From positions 1-10,107 of the forward strand of contig DUFS01000013.1 in assembly GCA_013331805.1 (NCBI GenBank): a DNA stretch of 10,107 nt. Reading direction: 5' to 3'. Under the pieces are notes generated by a model. That model did not search any database, was not told where the DNA came from, and was given only the letters and a program-made list of their open reading frames with translations. A program made the position numbers and the translations under genes. The DNA comes from Candidatus Micrarchaeota archaeon. Its GTDB lineage: Archaea > Micrarchaeota > Micrarchaeia > Anstonellales > Anstonellaceae. Below, one piece after another: positions 6,575 to 10,107 of the stretch (positions within the stretch are counted from its first letter, which is position 1; each line of letters starts with the position of its first letter).

Positions 6575-6623
6575 TCAGGTTCATATGCTGTTCTGCACCG
6601 GCAGCGCTTCGGAGCATCATCAT
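6575..6623 (-). ncRNA. Probable box C/D guide sRNA (sRNA-3) with a Watson-Crick hairpin at the C'/D' position
   Basis: Minus strand reads AUGAUGA(C, 6623-6617)-UGCUCCGAAGCG(12 nt)-CUGC-CGGU-GCAG(hairpin; D'-like CUGC)-AACAGCAUAUGAAC-CUGA(D, 6578-6575). Intergenic and of similar size to sRNA-2, but the terminal stem is weak and no clear TATA is visible. Confidence 0.62.
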
Positions 6624-6658
6624 AAAAACACTTCGTGCCAGATTTTCCCGGTGGGTGG

Positions 6659-7021
6659 ATGACTTACGTACCTAAGGGCTATATCCCGACCAGAGTTCCC
6701 CGTTTTGTTCAAAAATTCTTGCCAAAAATTGTTCTTGAAAAATTCAGGATAAATTATGCCAAAGTTGTAATTAGAGAGCGTAAAAGGATCACCAAGCTCA
6801 ATCGCGGCACAACACTCCTGCCAGACGATCATCCTTCGCGTGTCAAAAAAGGTGAAATAATCCCGTTAGCCGGGCCTATCATGTCCCAGGAGCCCGGGGA
6901 ATTCATGAAAATCACAGAGGATTTCAGGAACATCATGTTGGGATTGCCGCTCAAGAACAAGGAACTCGAGAAGAAGTATGGCTATCCTTTGGTTGAGCAA
7001 ACCCGCCAGGATCCCAAGTAA
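6659..7021 (+). CDS. Hypothetical basic protein (about 120 aa)
   Basis: Open frame fills the gap. ATG 6659 is preceded by GGTGG RBS and an upstream ATAAAAA. No recognisable motif, and the 5' half is AT-rich. Confidence 0.6.
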   Translation: MTYVPKGYIPTRVPRFVQKFLPKIVLEKFRINYAKVVIRERKRITKLNRGTTLLPDDHPSRVKKGEIIPLAGPIMSQEPGEFMKITEDFRNIMLGLPLKNKELEKKYGYPLVEQTRQDPK

Positions 7022-7043
7022 TCGGTTTACCGTGTCAGTAACC

Positions 7044-7050
7044 TATAAAA
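7044..7050 (+). promoter_or_regulatory. TATA box, leaderless-transcript spacing
   Basis: TATAAAA ends 22 nt before ATG 7073 and no RBS is evident. Confidence 0.6.
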
Positions 7051-7072
7051 ATCCTAATTCCCTACTTGCAGT

Positions 7073-7612
7073 ATGGCAGAAGACGAAGAAAAGGATGCAG
7101 AAGAAAGCGGGGGCAAGCGCCAGATAGCCTCGCGCGGAATTCCCTCAAAGGACTCGCTTTACCTCCCCCCTCACAACTCACCCGAGCTTCGCAATTTCCA
7201 GGACGCAAACGAAAACCTTACAAGGAACATATGGAGCCTGGAAGAAGTGGCGAATTTCGTGTTCCCGAAAAGGTACCAGCTGAAGTACAATGAAATCGCG
7301 CTCTCATTCCTGAAGCTCGTGGTGGAAAAGACCACTGTTTCCGGGGACGAAATAGGCGGGTTCGTCTCATCGAACGGGATTTCCAAGGCTACCTTCTACA
7401 ACCGGGTGCTGCCGCGGCTCAAGAGAATAGGCTTGCTGAAGGTGGAGCGCCAGACAATAATAGCGCTGGAAAGCAAGCGCAAGTTCCGCCCCATGACCAT
7501 TTCCCTCTCGAAAACATTCGGCAACTACCTGGTGAAAATCGGCGACTCCTGGCTTGCGATCGTGGATGACGCAAGAAGCAAGAAGGGAGTTGAAAAGCGA
7601 TCAGAAAAATAG
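7073..7612 (+). CDS. Hypothetical protein with putative winged helix-turn-helix domain
   Basis: VSGDEIGGFVSSNGISKATFYNRVLPRLKRIGLLKVER fits a wHTH pattern. It has its own TATA box and host-like codon usage. Confidence 0.7.
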   Translation: MAEDEEKDAEESGGKRQIASRGIPSKDSLYLPPHNSPELRNFQDANENLTRNIWSLEEVANFVFPKRYQLKYNEIALSFLKLVVEKTTVSGDEIGGFVSSNGISKATFYNRVLPRLKRIGLLKVERQTIIALESKRKFRPMTISLSKTFGNYLVKIGDSWLAIVDDARSKKGVEKRSEK

Positions 7613-8470
7613 CTACTCGTCCTTGTCCTTCAAATCGTAGAAGATCTCCTCGCCAGGGTATATCTTCACCCCCAAACCCTCCACGAACTCGAAGGGGCAG
7701 ACCTTCTCGATCTGCCTTGTCCCCCTCATCTTCAGGATTTCAATCGCCCGGTAGCGGACCGACTGGTGGCGCGGGTGGTGCAGCATTATGACTCCGTCAA
7801 CCAGGTGCTCGATCCCTCCGGGGGATTTAACGGATTTCTTGCTGCTCAGGCCCTCAGCCGAGAGCATGGTGGTGCACTTCCACTTGTAAAGCAGGTCGAA
7901 TAGCGAAATCTCAGCCTCGCGCGCCTGGTATGGGCTGTCAAAAAGCATTGCATAGGAGGTGAGCGAGTCGATCGCAAGCCTTTTCGCGCCAAGGGAGGAG
8001 ATGGTGTCCAGTATGAGTCCGCCCCCCTCGTCCACCAGCTTTTTCACCTCGTGCGGGCGGTAGTTTATCGTGGCAAAAAGCAGCTCCTCCTCAAGCGCCT
8101 TGAAGTCAAAGCCGTATTTCTTCATGTGCCGCAGCACCGAAAAGCTCGGCTCCTCGAAAGTAAGAAGCACGCCAGGATCGCCGTACTGCACAGCGCCGTT
8201 GTACAGGAACTGCGACAGGAAGGTGGTCTTGCCGGTGCCAGACTCCCCCATGACAAGCGTGGTGGACACTGGCTCAAATCCCCCGCTGATAAGCTCGTCC
8301 AGCCCGGTTATCCCGGAGGGCACCCTCCTGTCAGGGCCTGAAGCAGCCTCCGCGGATGCAGCAGCAGGGGAAAGCTTCTGGGACTCTTTCGGCTTGTCCT
8401 CCTCCCCCCGCTTTACAGGCTGCACAGTGGGCCTGAGCTTGCGGTCTACTTTGGTCTCGGGCGTTGCCAT
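7613..8470 (-). CDS. KaiC-like (RecA-superfamily) single-domain ATPase, catalytically intact
   Basis: SGITGLDELISGG, Walker A GESGTGKT, catalytic LTFEEP, Walker B LAIDSLT, IEHLVDGVI and RAIEILKMRG. Start moved to ATG 8470 (GGTG RBS). It has an N-terminal low-complexity tail of about 45 aa. Confidence 0.9.
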   Translation of the reverse strand: MATPETKVDRKLRPTVQPVKRGEEDKPKESQKLSPAAASAEAASGPDRRVPSGITGLDELISGGFEPVSTTLVMGESGTGKTTFLSQFLYNGAVQYGDPGVLLTFEEPSFSVLRHMKKYGFDFKALEEELLFATINYRPHEVKKLVDEGGGLILDTISSLGAKRLAIDSLTSYAMLFDSPYQAREAEISLFDLLYKWKCTTMLSAEGLSSKKSVKSPGGIEHLVDGVIMLHHPRHQSVRYRAIEILKMRGTRQIEKVCPFEFVEGLGVKIYPGEEIFYDLKDKDE

Positions 8471-8512
8471 CAATTTGCACCGGTTGTCTTCGGCAAAAGT
8501 TCTCCAAGAACG

Positions 8513-8520
8513 TTTATAAA
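8513..8520. promoter_or_regulatory. Palindromic TATA (TTTATAAA), candidate bidirectional promoter
   Basis: Self-complementary TATA located 42 nt from ATG 8470 (-) and 43 nt from ATG 8564 (+). Confidence 0.6.
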
Positions 8521-8563
8521 TCTGCACAGCTTCAATTTTTCGTCTGTATTTGCTGTGGTGTTC

Positions 8564-9265
8564 ATGGTATCCGACCTCCTGCTTCCAACCGGGCTGAAAA
8601 GCCTTGACGAATTGCTCGGAGGCGGCCTTCCAATTTCCGGCAATCTGCTGTTATACGGCGACCCGCTGTGCGGCAAAAAGCCCCTTGTCATGCAGTTCAT
8701 CTACGAGGGCCTCAAGATGAACATACCCGGGATTTTCGTGCTCACTGACTACGGATTTGTGGAATGGAAGCAGATGATGCATTCCTCGGGCTGGCTGATT
8801 GACGCATACGAGAAGAACGGCCTTCTGCAGATAGTGGACTGCTACTCCAAGCAGTACGACCCCTCGCTCGTGGACGAGGGGATAGTGACCTACGTGAACG
8901 GCGCCGAGGACCTGTCCACGATTTCCATGCAGCTTGCCGGCCTGCAGGAGCAGATAGTGCAGATCGCGGACAACCACAGATTGGGCTTCCACTCGCTTTC
9001 CGCGCTTCTGGAAACCAACCAGCACGAGTCGGTCTACCGTTTCATGCAGTTCATAACCGGCAAGTTCCGGAGGACAGGGGCGACCGCCATGTACGTCCTT
9101 GAGAAGGGGATGCACGAGGAGAAGCACGTCAGGATGATCGAGCACCTCATGGACGGCCTTATAGAATTTGAGGATGACAAGCTCAGGATCAGGGGCCTGA
9201 TGGGCGCCTCGCCATCCTGGCACCAGTACGAAATCACAGACCAGGGGGTAAGGGTAAAGCTTTGA
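8564..9265 (+). CDS. KaiC-like RecA-superfamily protein with degenerate ATPase motifs (probably inactive)
   Basis: PTGLKSLDELLGGGLP, altered Walker A GDPLCGKKP, VLTDYG (no catalytic Glu), Walker B position FHSLS, IVDCYS and IEHLMDGLIEF. ATG 8564 has a GGTG RBS. Confidence 0.85.
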   Translation: MVSDLLLPTGLKSLDELLGGGLPISGNLLLYGDPLCGKKPLVMQFIYEGLKMNIPGIFVLTDYGFVEWKQMMHSSGWLIDAYEKNGLLQIVDCYSKQYDPSLVDEGIVTYVNGAEDLSTISMQLAGLQEQIVQIADNHRLGFHSLSALLETNQHESVYRFMQFITGKFRRTGATAMYVLEKGMHEEKHVRMIEHLMDGLIEFEDDKLRIRGLMGASPSWHQYEITDQGVRVKL

Positions 9266-9273
9266 GGTCAAGC

Positions 9274-9840
9274 ATGGAATCCATAACCGAATGGCTGGAG
9301 CCTGGCGAAAGGATAGAATCGACCTTCAGGGTGGGGAAAGTCACATTTTTTTTCATGGTGCTGTTCCAGCTTCTGCTGCTCTTCCTGCTTTCGCTTCCGC
9401 TCATATTCGCGGTTTTCTCAGTAGGGCTGGTGATGCATGAGGCGCCGCTGCTTCTGGCAGGCTTGGTTCCTGTCCTGTTCGTGGTCACCATCATAGCGGG
9501 CAAGGCAGTGGTGCACGTGCTTGAGCCAAAATCATTTTCCAGGGTGCTTGCCACAGTGGACATGCCTGCGGCAACCTCGACGGTATACCTCACCAACAAG
9601 CACCTGGGGCAGAAAACCCTGCGCCACCACCCGCTGATTGCCTATGGCGAAATCGAGTCCATCAAGCCCATGGGAGGTTTCACTGACATGGCCTGCGAGC
9701 TTTTGTTCGGCGTCCGCAAGATGCAGCTCCACACGCACTTCAAGGTCCAGTCGCTTTCCTTCTACCTTCCTGTCAGCGAGTGCGGGAAAATCCTAACCAT
9801 TATGAATTCGAGAATGCAGGAAGCCAGGAAAAAGGAGTGA
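9274..9840 (+). CDS. Membrane protein with two TM helices and a putative PH-like C-terminal domain
   Basis: LEPGERI N-terminus, two long hydrophobic stretches, then VYLTNKHL...IAYGEIESI, typical of bacterial/archaeal PH-like domains. ATG 9274 has a GAGGT RBS overlapping the upstream stop, suggesting coupling to the inactive KaiC gene. Confidence 0.65.
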   Translation: MESITEWLEPGERIESTFRVGKVTFFFMVLFQLLLLFLLSLPLIFAVFSVGLVMHEAPLLLAGLVPVLFVVTIIAGKAVVHVLEPKSFSRVLATVDMPAATSTVYLTNKHLGQKTLRHHPLIAYGEIESIKPMGGFTDMACELLFGVRKMQLHTHFKVQSLSFYLPVSECGKILTIMNSRMQEARKKE

Positions 9841-9996
9841 TTTTACCGTTCTGAACTCAATTTCTTCGCGGTTTCTTCCAATTCCTTCACAACCTCTTGC
9901 CGATGCTCGAAATTTTGGGGCGTTCTTTACACCGTCATCTGCCGAACTCTCCCTTTCTCAGCAGTCCCCCCCACCGACGTGCGCCCAACTTCTGGA

Positions 9997-10010
9997 GGAA
10001 AGGTATAAAA
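9997..10010 (+). promoter_or_regulatory. BRE + TATA promoter
   Basis: GGAAAGG-TATAAAA is a purine-rich BRE directly followed by a TATA box. Confidence 0.65.
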
Positions 10011-10061
10011 GGGGGGTTTTTCATAAACAACACAGAGAGAAGAGATGCCAGAGGCTAGCTT

Positions 10062-10107
10062 ATGCAGAAGAACGGCAAGCAGCTCAATCCTGTGCACAAG
10101 GCGAGCG
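10062..10107 (+). CDS. 5' end of a gene running off the window (MQKNGKQLNPVHKAS...)
   Basis: ATG with GAGG RBS downstream of the strong promoter, and the frame is open to the window edge. ATG 10045 in another frame is an alternative. Confidence 0.4.
   Translation, partial: MQKNGKQLNPVHKAS

Noticed and set aside
7613..9265. Circadian clock kaiC or RadA/RadB recombinase assignment
   Set aside because: Both are single-domain proteins without KaiC phosphosites, no kaiA/kaiB is nearby, and there is no RadA N-terminal HhH domain. Called KaiC-like only.
8651..9271. 206-aa minus-strand ORF
   Set aside because: Antisense shadow of the KaiC-like gene, with composition typical of reverse-frame translation.
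9843..9938. Minus-strand mini-frame MTV*RTPQNFEHRQEVVKELEETAKKLSSER* with a helix-like charged tail
   Set aside because: In-frame stop at 9927-9929, only 32 codons and no recognisable family. It could be a gene remnant but cannot be supported.
1..10107. CRISPR array, IS element, integrase, rRNA or complete tRNA
   Set aside because: No regularly spaced repeats, transposase or integrase motifs, or cloverleaf were seen. The short rRNA-like strings are explained as sRNA guides.

Overview
Archaeal chromosomal window (TATA/BRE promoters, FEN1, aMBF1, RbkR, SerK, KaiC-like ATPases). The compact layout suggests a DPANN, possibly Micrarchaeota-like, genome, but that is inference only. Protein genes in order: a decayed AT-rich amidinotransferase/DDAH-family ORF, SerK-type serine kinase, RbkR, FEN1, a ZIP metal transporter divergent from a NikR-family regulator, aMBF1, an M50 site-2 protease, two hypotheticals (one winged-helix), a divergent pair of active and inactivated KaiC-like ATPases, and a membrane protein with a PH-like domain. 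The most notable unannotated signal is three minus-strand box C/D guide sRNAs in intergenic gaps (666-730, 1666-1723, 6575-6623). One is canonical. In the other two the C'/D' motif is replaced by a base-paired hairpin. Predicted targets are the 23S rRNA P-loop (G2251), U2438 and A-loop (U2552), plus tRNA anticodon loops. These targets come from recalled consensus rRNA/tRNA sequences, not from this genome's own RNAs.
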